64,000 nucleotides of DNA from a virus (taxonomy: Duplodnaviria > Heunggongvirae > Uroviricota > Caudoviricetes): positions 22,247-86,246 of IMG/VR virus record IMGVR_UViG_2706795421_000001; one strand, 5' to 3'. The notes beneath the pieces are model-generated. The model was not told the origin of the DNA, did no database searches, and saw only the letters and a list, made by a program, of their open reading frames with translations. Both the position numbers and the translations under genes were made by a program. Every line of letters starts with the position of its first letter. Within the stretch, counting starts at the first letter, position 1. Shown here piece after piece: positions 35,294 to 45,053 of the stretch.

Positions 35294-35815
35294 ATGCTTG
35301 ACCTGGTGTGCATTCATCCGGACCCGGAAGTGTCTGGGAGCAAGGGCACGCTATTCGGGGAATTCCGGGAGAAAGGTGCCATCGGTATCGTGTTCTACAT
35401 CCCTCACGGGATCAGCACAACAGGTAAGGTTAAGAACCTCTGCAATGAAAAAGGCTACGGGATAGTCTGGCATGTTGATGGGCGCCTTCGCGTTATGTAC
35501 GGCGTACCCGAAACTGACCTGGTACCCTACAAAGGCCTTCGCCAGGAGGATGATTTCCCGTGGTCTGAACTCCCTCTTCCTGGGGAAGTCATCCTCTTCC
35601 GCGAAGAGGGGTATGTGAATGGGGTAGACGGCAATGCCAAGAAAGCCCAGTATGACACCGTTTCAACTGGGGCGGTGTACGGCTACTCCTCAGACATGAA
35701 ACTTCTGCTGGTGTCGGTACTCCCCCACGGAGATGAAGAGGAGGTACCTGTAGAAAACGTGATCGGACTGAGGATGTCCATCACAGACCGGATGCCGGAG
35801 GAGGGATATCAATAA
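35294..35815 (+). CDS. hypothetical protein (173 aa)
   Basis: ORF only. The in-frame 35261 start would overlap the upstream gene. Confidence 0.4.
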   Translation: MLDLVCIHPDPEVSGSKGTLFGEFREKGAIGIVFYIPHGISTTGKVKNLCNEKGYGIVWHVDGRLRVMYGVPETDLVPYKGLRQEDDFPWSELPLPGEVILFREEGYVNGVDGNAKKAQYDTVSTGAVYGYSSDMKLLLVSVLPHGDEEEVPVENVIGLRMSITDRMPEEGYQ

Positions 35816-36081
35816 TGGCAAAGCTGAAGCTGGATGGTAATATCCTCACCGTAATGGACCTCACGGCAGGCCAGGCCGTCGAGAAGGTGAAGCAACGTAT
35901 CCGAACGGATGTTGACTTTACCCAGGTAACTGTGGTACAGTCTGGTCCTGGAGTCTTCCAAGTCTCTTACCCTCTGAACAAGGGTGAGCGTGGAAGCTAC
36001 AAGCACCTCTATGACAAGCAGGAGAAGGAGCGAAAGGCGAACAACCCGCCTCCCGAGCCACCACCCCTCCTGCTGGCGTAA
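35815..36081 (+). CDS. hypothetical protein (88 aa)
   Basis: ATAATG overlap with the upstream stop. A terminator follows. Confidence 0.45.
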   Translation: MAKLKLDGNILTVMDLTAGQAVEKVKQRIRTDVDFTQVTVVQSGPGVFQVSYPLNKGERGSYKHLYDKQEKERKANNPPPEPPPLLLA

Positions 36082-36085
36082 CCCT

Positions 36086-36113
36086 AAGGGGCCCTGATTG
36101 GGCCCTTTTTATT
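36086..36113 (+). terminator. rho-independent terminator
   Basis: AAGGGGCCCTGATTGGGCCCTTTTTATT. Confidence 0.65.
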
Positions 36114-36129
36114 GCAGAAGGAGTAGGAA

Positions 36130-38082
36130 GTGCTGATTGGGAAGTTCGCCTGTGTCCTGCCAGGATGTAATAGCAGCGACGCTATGGCGGTCTACGAGGA
36201 TGAGCCTGGGGTCTTCGGCGGACGCTGTTTCAGTTGTGATCGGATGGTTTCGAACAACACCCTGGCAAGGTCTCCCCTGGGGGAAGAGTTGGGAGCGGTG
36301 ATCATCAAAGGTGATCGACGTGCCCAGGCCCAGCGGAGGAAAGAGGAGAAAGAAGTGAGAGAGATTCAACGTAAGCCCGTCATCACTGCCGAAGACCGGG
36401 AGAAAATCCAGGGCAACGGTGGGGCTGACACGACGCTGTTCCGTGGCATAGCCCGGCAGACCAACGAGAAGTACGGGTGTATCACACACTACGCAGACAA
36501 CGAGCCTGTGGTGCGATACTACCCGATTCACGACCACGGTGAGCTGGTAGGATATAAGGTCCGTCAGGTTCCCAAGTCCTTCTACGCCATCGGTCGGAAC
36601 GACAAGCACTGTGAGCTTTATGGTCAACACCTGTTCCCTGCTGGAGGCAAATACCTCCTCATTGTAGGCGGCGAGGAAGATGCTCATGCAGCTTATCAGA
36701 TGCTTCGGGTTGACCAGCTCCAACGCTGGAAGAAGAAGAACCCTTACGCGGACATCGCAGATGCACCCCTACCGTACCCGGTAGTAAGTCCGACTGTAGG
36801 TGAAACCTCGGCAGCTAGCCAGTTGGCAGCCAACTATGAGTACATCAACTCTTTCGACGAAATCATCCTCATGTTCGACGCGGATGAAAAGGGAGAGCAG
36901 GGTGCTCAGGCGGCGCTGGAAGTGTTGCCCATGGGGAAGGTACGGATTGCCAACCTCCCAGGGAAAGACCCCAACAAGATGTTGGAGGACAAGCAGTCCA
37001 AGGCGTTCATCAATGCCTTCTTCGACGCCCGTAAGGCATCCCCGGCAGGTATCGTGGGGTCGGGGCAGATTCGAGAGGCCATGCTGAACAAGGCAATGGC
37101 ACCCAAGCTGCCTCTGCCTTCGTTCCTGTACGAGTTGTCCCGGAAGACCGCTGGAGGTTTCCCGCTGAACTCCATCGTCAACCTGATCGCCGGCTCCGGC
37201 ATCGGTAAGACCACCTGGGTCAACGAACTGGTGTACCATTGGATTTTCAACAGTCCGTACAAGATGGGCATCGTGACCCTGGAGGCAGACATCGCAGAGT
37301 ACGGGGGTTACCTGCTGTCCCGACACTTGGGCCAGAAGCTGGCCTTGATTGAAGACCCTCAGGAGTACCTGGCTACAATCGAATCCGACCGCGTGGAGCA
37401 GGCCAGCAACGAGCTGTTCCTTAACGCAGATGGTTCTGACCGATTCCTGTTGGTGGATGATCGAGGTGACCACGACGCGATCAAGCAGAAGATCGAACAG
37501 ATGATCATTTCGGGGGGCATCCAGGTGATCGTACTGGACCCGATGTCGGACTTGATCGACGGGATGGACACAGGTGAACAAGCGCTGTTCATGAAGTGGC
37601 AGAAGCAGATGGTGAAGGCCTACGATGTAATCTTCATCAACGTCAACCACACCCGTAAGGGCAAGGACAACAAGACCGCTGCCAGCCGTGGCGCAGAGTT
37701 GAGCGAGGAAGACATCATTGGCTCCTCGACCATCTACAAGTCGGGCAACATCAACATCACCTTGGTGCGAAACAAGCACGCGGAGGATGATTTGGAACGG
37801 AACACCACCCTGGTGACCCTTACCAAATGCCGCCACACAGGGTACACGGGACCAGCGGGACGGGTCCTGTACAACATCAAGACACACACCTTGATTTCCC
37901 TGACGGACTTCCTCAACCAGCAGGTGGAGGAGTACAACCAGGAACACGGAGAGTCTGAGGGGTTAGAGCAATACCCTGAAGCAGAGTGTGTCGAGCAAGT
38001 CCATTCGCCGGAAGATGAGGCTCCCGTCTACCCTCAGTTGGACGGCCCGCCGCCGACCGGGGACGATGATATTCCGTTCTAA
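36130..38082 (+). CDS. primase-helicase (T7 gp4-like: Zn-ribbon + Toprim primase + DnaB-family helicase)
   Basis: Cys4 element CVLPGCN...CFSCD. Toprim acidic motifs VGGEEDAH and MFDADEKGE. Walker A GSGIGKTTW, Walker B VIVLDPMSD. C-terminus ends DDDIPF. Confidence 0.85.
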   Translation: MLIGKFACVLPGCNSSDAMAVYEDEPGVFGGRCFSCDRMVSNNTLARSPLGEELGAVIIKGDRRAQAQRRKEEKEVREIQRKPVITAEDREKIQGNGGADTTLFRGIARQTNEKYGCITHYADNEPVVRYYPIHDHGELVGYKVRQVPKSFYAIGRNDKHCELYGQHLFPAGGKYLLIVGGEEDAHAAYQMLRVDQLQRWKKKNPYADIADAPLPYPVVSPTVGETSAASQLAANYEYINSFDEIILMFDADEKGEQGAQAALEVLPMGKVRIANLPGKDPNKMLEDKQSKAFINAFFDARKASPAGIVGSGQIREAMLNKAMAPKLPLPSFLYELSRKTAGGFPLNSIVNLIAGSGIGKTTWVNELVYHWIFNSPYKMGIVTLEADIAEYGGYLLSRHLGQKLALIEDPQEYLATIESDRVEQASNELFLNADGSDRFLLVDDRGDHDAIKQKIEQMIISGGIQVIVLDPMSDLIDGMDTGEQALFMKWQKQMVKAYDVIFINVNHTRKGKDNKTAASRGAELSEEDIIGSSTIYKSGNINITLVRNKHAEDDLERNTTLVTLTKCRHTGYTGPAGRVLYNIKTHTLISLTDFLNQQVEEYNQEHGESEGLEQYPEAECVEQVHSPEDEAPVYPQLDGPPPTGDDDIPF

Positions 38083-38102
38083 CGGAGGAAAGGAGGAGTA
38101 AC

Positions 38103-40760
38103 GTGGAAGAGGTACAGAAACGCCGGGTAGTATTCGATATCGAGGGTACCGGGCTGATCGGGGAGGGGACGGTGGATTACACCGCCTCACCCTGGCGCCT
38201 GAAAGAGGATTTCAAGCTGCACTGCGCTGTGGCCCGAGACATTGACACCAACGAGGTGTTCAAGTGGGGCCCTGACGAGGTGATGGACTTCGCCAAGTGG
38301 CTGGGAGAAGAGTGCTCGGTCGTAATTGGCCACAACATCATCAACTACGACTTGCTGGCCCTGAAGTTGACCTGTGGGCTGGAGTACACTATTGGTTGGG
38401 GAGAGACCAAGGACACCATCAACGGCAACCCCGTAAAGATCGTGGATACCCTGGTAATCTCCAAAACCCTTAACCCGGACCGACGCCCTGGCCACGGTAT
38501 CGGGGCGTGGGGTGACAAGCTGGGCCTGGCCAAGATTGATTGGCGTGCGAAGGCTGTTGAACTGGGACTGATTACCGAGAACGCCCCCCGTGGTGCAGAG
38601 TTCAAGACGTATCACCCGGAGATGCTGGAGTACAACGTCCGAGACGTGGATGTCAACCTGCTGGTCTACAAAGCCCTGATGGCAGAGTGGGGTGCCTGGA
38701 ACTGGGCCCCGGCAGTCCAGACCGAAAGCTACGTGGCTTGGGTGGTAACCCGTCAAAGTCACCGAGGGTTCTTCTTCGACGAGCGACTGGCCCAGGCCAA
38801 CGTTCGGGAGTTGGACAAGCTGATGGAGGAGTGTCGTGCCATTGTTGAGCCGATCCTTCCCCCGAAGAAGCCGACCAAGACGGAAGCAGCCAAGTATTGC
38901 TTCCCGAAGACCCAGGAGAAGAAGATCAAGGGTGGCCTTGGACTCTCCAGCAACATGGAGAAGTTCCTGGAGAAGATGGGTGGTAAGCACCTTCCACGCT
39001 CGGGTCCGGACGCTCCCAACTACGTGGAAATCAACGGCAGGACGTATGGCCTACCGTTCGACCATACGGTAAGCTTGCTCACCGAGGTGCCAGCCAAGAT
39101 CAGCGATACAACCCACATCAAGGGTTGGCTGGTGGACATGGGCTGGGACCCGACTTCGTGGAAGGAACGCGATCTTTCGTCGGATCAGAAGACGAAGGCC
39201 CAGCTTCCCTTCGAGAAGTTCGAGAAGGTGGTTACCTCGTACATCGAGCAAACCTATGCAAGCCCGTTCAAGAAGTACCGCTTGGAGCAACTGAAAGAGA
39301 AGCTTCGAGCTAAGTGGTCGCTGCCCTTCATGATGGACAACCCAGATATCGTTCTGGAGTACATCCTGGAGCGAGGCAATGATCGGCAGTTGAAGGTGTG
39401 GACCAACCCGGAGTTCACCGTAGGCCAGGACAAGGACCTGTGTCCGGCCCTGGAACGAATCTCCGAGAAGTTCCCCCACGTCCGTCACGTGACCAACTAC
39501 CTGACGTACCGCCATCGTCGTAACTCGATCCTTGGCGGGGGGTATGACCCGGATGACTTGGACGAAGACGGTATGCCTGTCAAGGGGTACATGGCCTACC
39601 AGCGTGAAGATGGTCGGATTGCAACCCCGGCAGACAGTTGTGGTGCCGGTACCAGCCGGTTCAAGCACAAGCAGGTGGCCAACATTCCTCGTGTGACCTC
39701 GCTGTACGGGGTACCTATGAGAAACCTGTTCGGTGTTGACACCAACAAGTGCTGGCAGATCGGCTACGACTTTGACTCCCTGGAGGCGAAGATTGAAGCC
39801 CACTACTGCCTGAGCACGGCTATGCGTCTGAGTCCTGCGGCTGCACAGAAGCTCAAGATCAAGTTTGGGTCCAACTTCGCCAAGTACCGGGAAGCGTGCA
39901 TCCAGGCTGCGAAGGAGTATGCAGTAGCACTCGTGGCTGAGAAGCCGAACGACATCCATACGGTGACGGCGGCCAAGATTTCCACCATCATCGGTGGCGA
40001 CTTCAGCCGTACCAACGCCAAGTCGGTTAAGTATGGCTGCTCCTACGGCGCCCAGGTGGCCCGTGTAGCGAAGATCGTCGGTTGCTCGATGCAGGAAGCC
40101 CAGGCCATCTTTGACGCGTTCTGGGAGGCTGCTAGCCCCCTTGCACTGCTTAAGACGGTGCTTACCGACTTCTGGAAAGAGAAGGGCAACAAGAAGTACA
40201 TCGTAGGTATCGATGGCCGTCAGATTCCGACGCGTTCTGAACATGCTCTGGTTAACAGCCTGTTCCAGTCGGCTGGTGTTATCTGTGCCAAGGTGGCGAT
40301 GATCATGCACGACCAGAAGCTGATGGCTGAAGGTCTGTTGGTAGACTTCTGGAAGGATGACTGGAAGAATAAGTCGTACTGCCAGCAACTCATTGCGTAC
40401 CACGATGAGAGCCAGTTGGAAGTGACCAAGGATTTGGTCAAGTTCAAGATGTTCTCCAAGGAAGCCCTGGGCTGGCAAGAGATGCAGCACGAGGACCCAG
40501 AGGAGCAGAAGAAGCTTCAGAAGAAGGAAGACGCTCGATGCAAGGCCTTGGTCCAGCAGTGGAAGGACGAGATGGAAGAGTCCTCGGGTCAAATCTGGAG
40601 CGATATTGGAGAGTCCCCGAAGGGCGGTTGGTTCGTAGGCTACAGTCGGGCAGGGGAGACGGCTATCGAGGCTGTCAAAGCTGCTGGTGAGCACTTCAAT
40701 CTGCGAGTAGACCTGTCCGCAGGGTACATGTTGGGAACCACGTGGGGCACCTGCCACTAA
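38103..40760 (+). CDS. DNA polymerase, family A, with 3'-5' exonuclease domain
   Basis: GTG start after GGAGGAAAGGAGG. Exo I VVFDIEGTGL, Exo II IGHNIINYDL, Exo III YNVRDVD. Pol motif A DFDSLEAKIEAHY, motif B RTNAKSVKYGCSYGA, motif C YHDESQLEV. Confidence 0.85.
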   Translation: MEEVQKRRVVFDIEGTGLIGEGTVDYTASPWRLKEDFKLHCAVARDIDTNEVFKWGPDEVMDFAKWLGEECSVVIGHNIINYDLLALKLTCGLEYTIGWGETKDTINGNPVKIVDTLVISKTLNPDRRPGHGIGAWGDKLGLAKIDWRAKAVELGLITENAPRGAEFKTYHPEMLEYNVRDVDVNLLVYKALMAEWGAWNWAPAVQTESYVAWVVTRQSHRGFFFDERLAQANVRELDKLMEECRAIVEPILPPKKPTKTEAAKYCFPKTQEKKIKGGLGLSSNMEKFLEKMGGKHLPRSGPDAPNYVEINGRTYGLPFDHTVSLLTEVPAKISDTTHIKGWLVDMGWDPTSWKERDLSSDQKTKAQLPFEKFEKVVTSYIEQTYASPFKKYRLEQLKEKLRAKWSLPFMMDNPDIVLEYILERGNDRQLKVWTNPEFTVGQDKDLCPALERISEKFPHVRHVTNYLTYRHRRNSILGGGYDPDDLDEDGMPVKGYMAYQREDGRIATPADSCGAGTSRFKHKQVANIPRVTSLYGVPMRNLFGVDTNKCWQIGYDFDSLEAKIEAHYCLSTAMRLSPAAAQKLKIKFGSNFAKYREACIQAAKEYAVALVAEKPNDIHTVTAAKISTIIGGDFSRTNAKSVKYGCSYGAQVARVAKIVGCSMQEAQAIFDAFWEAASPLALLKTVLTDFWKEKGNKKYIVGIDGRQIPTRSEHALVNSLFQSAGVICAKVAMIMHDQKLMAEGLLVDFWKDDWKNKSYCQQLIAYHDESQLEVTKDLVKFKMFSKEALGWQEMQHEDPEEQKKLQKKEDARCKALVQQWKDEMEESSGQIWSDIGESPKGGWFVGYSRAGETAIEAVKAAGEHFNLRVDLSAGYMLGTTWGTCH

Positions 40761-40776
40761 GGTGCCTGGAGGAAAT

Positions 40777-40983
40777 ATGAGCAAGAAAGGCAATACCGAA
40801 CCCACAGGAATGGCGGTCCTGGATTACGTGAACATGCGTCACCAGGAATTGGAGGACTTCCTACTGTACTGGGTAGAGAACCACGCCAAGGGGAAGAACT
40901 TCCCTCTGGAGATGCCCAACGACGCGGAGTGGTTTGAACATGAGCTGGCCTACCTGACGGTGGAAGGCATCCGAGAGGCTTGA
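40777..40983 (+). CDS. hypothetical protein (68 aa)
   Basis: GGAGGAAAT RBS before the ATG at 40777. Confidence 0.4.
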   Translation: MSKKGNTEPTGMAVLDYVNMRHQELEDFLLYWVENHAKGKNFPLEMPNDAEWFEHELAYLTVEGIREA

Positions 40984-41001
40984 CATTGCCAGCGGATTGT
41001 G

Positions 41002-41106
41002 CTTCAATAGGCTCCTCGCTGCGATAATGCGCGGGGAGCTATCAACCCGAAGTATGCAAGTTTTTGATAAAAGTCCTTGACTTTCAATAGCTTATATGCT
41101 TCAATA
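41002..41106. repeat. three direct copies of (C)TT(T)CAATAG in the promoter-like intergenic region upstream of the 41130 and SSB-like genes
   Basis: GCTTCAATAGG at 41001-41011, CTTTCAATAGC at 41081-41091, GCTTCAATAGC at 41097-41107. TTGACT at 41077 lies between copies. Confidence 0.4.
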
Positions 41107-41129
41107 GCGTTCCAAATGAGGAGGACATC

Positions 41130-41315
41130 ATGTCTATTCAGGTAGAGGAGACCACGGAATATGTGGTCTGCAACAAGTACGATCTGACCAGCCGGTCCTA
41201 TGCCTTCAGCCTTCGGGAAGACGCCCGGAAGATGAAAGCTCAACTGGGTGGCAAACAGCTAGGGTGGATCATCGAGCGAATCACTCGCAAGATTGTCACC
41301 GAAGAAGTTCGCTAA
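41130..41315 (+). CDS. hypothetical protein (61 aa)
   Basis: GAGGAGG RBS. Confidence 0.4.
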   Translation: MSIQVEETTEYVVCNKYDLTSRSYAFSLREDARKMKAQLGGKQLGWIIERITRKIVTEEVR

Positions 41316-41382
41316 CAAGCGACAAACCCCCCGACTAGGGGCAACTACCGCCCGATAGGGTAATTGATAGGAGAAGTAAAAC

Positions 41383-42276
41383 ATGGCACTGCGTCCCAAA
41401 AGCACTGGCAACACTGGTACCCCTCGTGAGTTCGTCAACCTGCCCGAGCCGACTCCGGGCAACCACGAAGCCCGCGTCTCGCTGATCGTCTACCTCGGCG
41501 AGCAAAACCGGGAAGACTTCGTTGACGAGAACGGAGAGAGCAAAGCTCAAAAGCCTGTGGATCAGGTGGCAGTATTCGCCGACCTGGTGGAAGAAGTAGT
41601 GGACTACGGTGGCGACATCGGTGAGCAACAGTACCGACTGATGCTGAACAAGTCCTTCCGTGGTGAAGTGAGCGGTATCACCCTCCAGGCCACCCCGCCC
41701 CGTGATGGTGAAGGCCGTATCGTTGAAGGTGGTATCTGGACCTACCACCCGAACAGCCCGCTGACCAAGCTGGCGAAAGCGATGCAACCGGGTGCAGCGA
41801 CCGCGATCCTGGACGGCACCGACCTGGATATCGAGCCGCTGCTGAACCAGCCGTTCATGTGTACTGTGAACGTCAAGAAGACCCCGGCGAAGAACGACAA
41901 GAAGGACAAAGACGGAAACCCGCTCATCTACACCAACGTCAGCTTCGGTGGCGCCACCCAGGTACCGGCCAAGATGATGCGTGCAGGTGTCGCGGAGCTG
42001 CGTCAGAAGCCGCTTCTAATCGACTTCGACAACGTGACTATCGAATCTGCCCGACTGCTCCGTCGAGACGTGATTCGTAAGATTCAGCAGGCCAACAACC
42101 TGGCTGGCACCCGCATGGAAGCAGTTCTCCGTGAACTGGCCAAGGAACGCGGCGACAAGGCACCGGAAGCCAGAGAAGCCCCCGCCCCGCGTCCCGTAGC
42201 AACCCAGCAGAGCGCTCCTCCGGCTCAGGGTCCCGCCTCGGACGTGGACAGCTTCGACGACGATATTCCGTTCTAA
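41383..42276 (+). CDS. ssDNA-binding protein-like (SSB-type acidic C-terminal tail ending DDDIPF)
   Basis: 297 aa. GGAG RBS. The C-terminus ...SDVDSFDDDIPF is identical to the canonical bacterial SSB tail and to the primase-helicase C-terminus. A strong terminator follows. Confidence 0.5.
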   Translation: MALRPKSTGNTGTPREFVNLPEPTPGNHEARVSLIVYLGEQNREDFVDENGESKAQKPVDQVAVFADLVEEVVDYGGDIGEQQYRLMLNKSFRGEVSGITLQATPPRDGEGRIVEGGIWTYHPNSPLTKLAKAMQPGAATAILDGTDLDIEPLLNQPFMCTVNVKKTPAKNDKKDKDGNPLIYTNVSFGGATQVPAKMMRAGVAELRQKPLLIDFDNVTIESARLLRRDVIRKIQQANNLAGTRMEAVLRELAKERGDKAPEAREAPAPRPVATQQSAPPAQGPASDVDSFDDDIPF

Positions 42277-42287
42277 GACGGAACCCT

Positions 42288-42315
42288 CAGGGCCCTTCGG
42301 GGCCCTTTCTTTTAC
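42288..42315 (+). terminator. rho-independent terminator
   Basis: CAGGGCCCTTCGGGGCCCTTTCTTTTAC. Confidence 0.65.
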
Positions 42316-42328
42316 TCCAAAAGAGGAG

Positions 42329-42529
42329 ATGAGGATGAAAGATTACGTGGTGATCAAATGCCGCGTTGACACTGGTTTCGCAGGAGGTGTTCATGAAGAT
42401 GAAGAACACCTGCCACGGGGCGAGTGGGAAGAGATGTCAGAGGAAAAGAGGGAGAAGTTCCTGGCGGAGTTAGCCCAGGACATGGTAAGCAACTACATTG
42501 ATGCCTACGCGTGGGTGGAGGAAGAGTAA
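42329..42529 (+). CDS. hypothetical acidic protein (66 aa)
   Basis: AGAGGAG RBS. Confidence 0.4.
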   Translation: MRMKDYVVIKCRVDTGFAGGVHEDEEHLPRGEWEEMSEEKREKFLAELAQDMVSNYIDAYAWVEEE

Positions 42530-42805
42530 ATGGCACAGAACAACACTATCATCGTGAACGACCAGCACAACGTCTACGTCCTTCGACTGCCGAACGCCTA
42601 CTTTGGCAAGGACATCCCGGTAGAACTGAAAGAGGACTTCCAGTATTGGAAAGAGCAGCTACATGCTGTTGCTCAGGGATACAAGAACACGCTGATGCTT
42701 CCCAGCGTAACTGACTATGAGTCCCGTCAGCCGCTGTACGACTTCCAAATTCTGCCTCGGAAAACCGAGCAGGTTTCCCCCAGCACCATCACCATCCAAA
42801 ACTGA
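42530..42805 (+). CDS. hypothetical protein (91 aa)
   Basis: TAAATG overlap with the upstream stop. Confidence 0.45.
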   Translation: MAQNNTIIVNDQHNVYVLRLPNAYFGKDIPVELKEDFQYWKEQLHAVAQGYKNTLMLPSVTDYESRQPLYDFQILPRKTEQVSPSTITIQN

Positions 42806-42816
42806 AGGAGAGAAAC

Positions 42817-43083
42817 ATGGAAAACTACAACGACGAGCGTGAAGGCCAGATGACTGAGAAGGAACTGTTCGACCGCCTGGTGACCCTGCACCGTGAAAAG
42901 CTGACCAACGCCGACGACCGTTCTCAGCTCAAGAAGGATGCCAAGGAGCACGGCCTGGACAAGGACCGCATCAAGCTGATCGACAAGGCAGCGGCCCACG
43001 ACGCAAAGCGTGACTTCGAAGAGAAGGACTACGAGTTCTCCCAACTTCGTCAAGTCTATGAGGAACTCTCGGAGGACGCATAA
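42817..43083 (+). CDS. hypothetical charged helical protein (88 aa)
   Basis: AAGGAGAG RBS. Confidence 0.45.
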   Translation: MENYNDEREGQMTEKELFDRLVTLHREKLTNADDRSQLKKDAKEHGLDKDRIKLIDKAAAHDAKRDFEEKDYEFSQLRQVYEELSEDA

Positions 43084-44171
43084 TGTCCCAACCGGCAAAT
43101 ACTATTGCCGTAATCGACGGTGATGAGTGGGCCTTCAAGGCCTGCTCCGCCGCTGAAGGGCGTGCTATCATAGCGAAGCACATCCCAAGCGGCAGGGAGA
43201 AGGAATTCAACCATCGCACGGAATTCCGAGACTTCCTGAAGACCCAGCACGATGGGAAGTTCACAGAAGACCAGTTCGAAATTAGGGATGTCCAGTACCC
43301 TGAGCCCATTGAGAACGTCCTTTTCACCCTCAAGCAAATGATTGTTGGGGTGTGTGCTGAGGTGAATGCCTCAGGGTATCAGGTTCTGATTTCAGGTCCG
43401 GACAACTTCCGACTCGACATCGACCTACCTAAGCGCTACCGTACACCGCCAAGCAAGCGGGCGCCTAACGGTACTGAGAAGGCAGGCCGGTACAAGGAGT
43501 CCCGAGGGGATTCTCTGCGTCCGGTACACTTGTCCGACGCCAAGAAGTACCTGATCAAAAAGCACGGGGCCCTGACCACTTACCGCTGCGAGGCAGACGA
43601 TGCTCTGGCAACCCGAGGGTACGCCGGACGCATTGCCGAGCTGAAGGGTGCTGCTCAATGGATTATCCCTTGCACGCAGGACAAGGATGCGATGGGCGTG
43701 GAGAGCCGTCTCTACAACCCCAACAAACCTGGCCTGGGCATTATGGATAACCGAGGGTTTGGTCAGCTCGTCGAGATGGGGAAGGATATCAAGGGTCATG
43801 GTCGGATGTGGCTGTACTTCCAGATTCTCCTAGGAGACAGTACGGACAACTACAACCCTCGTGACATCCTTGAGTGGGCCACCTACCAGGCTGGAGGAAT
43901 TCCAAAGCCATTCGGGGAGAAGAAGGTCTACTCTGTCCTGAAGGACTGCCAGGATGACCGGGACGCCTGGAAGGCAATGTACGACCAATACAAGCTCTGG
44001 TACCCGGAGGAAGTGGAGTACGTGAGCTGGACCGACGAGGTGATGCGAAAGGACGCCATCGACATCATGCAGATGTACGTGGACTGTGCTCACATGCAGC
44101 GTTGGGAAAACGACCGAATCAATGTCCGGCAGACGCTGGAGAAAATGGGAGTGATAGAATGCAGCAAGTAA
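43083..44171 (+). CDS. 5'-3' exonuclease (T7 gp6-like, FEN/PIN-like fold)
   Basis: ATAATG overlap with the upstream stop. IAVIDGDEWAFKACSAAEG matches the gp6 N-terminal VMDGDWLVFQAMSAAEF. Confidence 0.65.
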   Translation: MSQPANTIAVIDGDEWAFKACSAAEGRAIIAKHIPSGREKEFNHRTEFRDFLKTQHDGKFTEDQFEIRDVQYPEPIENVLFTLKQMIVGVCAEVNASGYQVLISGPDNFRLDIDLPKRYRTPPSKRAPNGTEKAGRYKESRGDSLRPVHLSDAKKYLIKKHGALTTYRCEADDALATRGYAGRIAELKGAAQWIIPCTQDKDAMGVESRLYNPNKPGLGIMDNRGFGQLVEMGKDIKGHGRMWLYFQILLGDSTDNYNPRDILEWATYQAGGIPKPFGEKKVYSVLKDCQDDRDAWKAMYDQYKLWYPEEVEYVSWTDEVMRKDAIDIMQMYVDCAHMQRWENDRINVRQTLEKMGVIECSK

Positions 44172-44320
44172 GCCTGACGGATTGGCTGGAAGAGTTGGAC
44201 CTGGTTCTCGAAAGTCGTGGTCTGCCCTCCGCCCATGAGTATTTCCTGGAAGGCCTCTACGGGGACTACTACGACCAAGGCCTGACTCCCGAGGAGGCGG
44301 TAGAAGAGGAGTTCGGCTGA
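44159..44320 (+). CDS. small acidic ORF (53 aa) overlapping exonuclease 3' end
   Basis: ATG at 44159 (MQQVSLTDWLEELDLV...). No strong RBS. Confidence 0.3.
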   Translation: MQQVSLTDWLEELDLVLESRGLPSAHEYFLEGLYGDYYDQGLTPEEAVEEEFG

Positions 44321-44493
44321 TGGAGTCGGTCACCGAGAAAGGTAAGCTGTGGGGGTGGTTCCCTCACACCTACTTCATGCGGGCTGGTCGCATCTGTGTG
44401 ATCCAAGTTGGACCTCTGAAGTTGTCCAAGGTCGGGGATATCTACGGTGTGGGCCTGTTCAATCGGCTACTGCTTCAGTGGGGTGGGAAATGA
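44320..44493 (+). CDS. small ORF (57 aa)
   Basis: ATG at 44320. ATGA junctions link it to both neighbours. Confidence 0.3.
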   Translation: MESVTEKGKLWGWFPHTYFMRAGRICVIQVGPLKLSKVGDIYGVGLFNRLLLQWGGK

Positions 44494-45053
44494 GCGTCCG
44501 GCGACGTCCCTGGGAAGAACTCCCAGAGGTGTGGAAGACCGAGGCCTCATTCCTATCCTGGCTGCGAGGAGGTATCCGGCGAGCCATGTGGATGAGGCAC
44601 CCTGTCAAGCTGGAGTTCATCAAGAACAACTCTGTGGAGATGGTGAACACCAACCCTAGAAGCATGAAGCGGTTTCCAACCGTAAAAGGCGCCCAGTGCT
44701 CCAAGTGTGGAGAGGTGAAGCGTGCAGCGGACATGGAAGTCGATCACCGGACAGGGGAATACAGCCTACGCTCTATCGAGGACCTGCAACGGTTCATCGA
44801 AGGAGTGGTGCTGGTAGGTATGGACGACCTTGCCTGGCTGTGCAAGCCGTGCCATGAAATCAAAACTCACATGGAGAGGCAGGGCTTCCAGTCCTGGGGA
44901 GAGGCCCAAGCTGACAAGGAAGCTATCGCCATTGGCAAGAAGGGTGTCAACGTTGTCAAGGCGTGGCTGAAAGATCACGGGGTAGAGCCAGACACCACAG
45001 CAGCTAAACGGAGGGATCAAATCTTCACGGTCCTGAAGGAGAAGTACAAATGA
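44490..45053 (+). CDS. HNH endonuclease
   Basis: ATGA overlap start (MSVRRRP...). Motifs CSKCGE...DHRTGEY...CKPCHEIKTH, i.e. H-N-H with Cys4 zinc ligands. Confidence 0.6.
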   Translation: MSVRRRPWEELPEVWKTEASFLSWLRGGIRRAMWMRHPVKLEFIKNNSVEMVNTNPRSMKRFPTVKGAQCSKCGEVKRAADMEVDHRTGEYSLRSIEDLQRFIEGVVLVGMDDLAWLCKPCHEIKTHMERQGFQSWGEAQADKEAIAIGKKGVNVVKAWLKDHGVEPDTTAAKRRDQIFTVLKEKYK

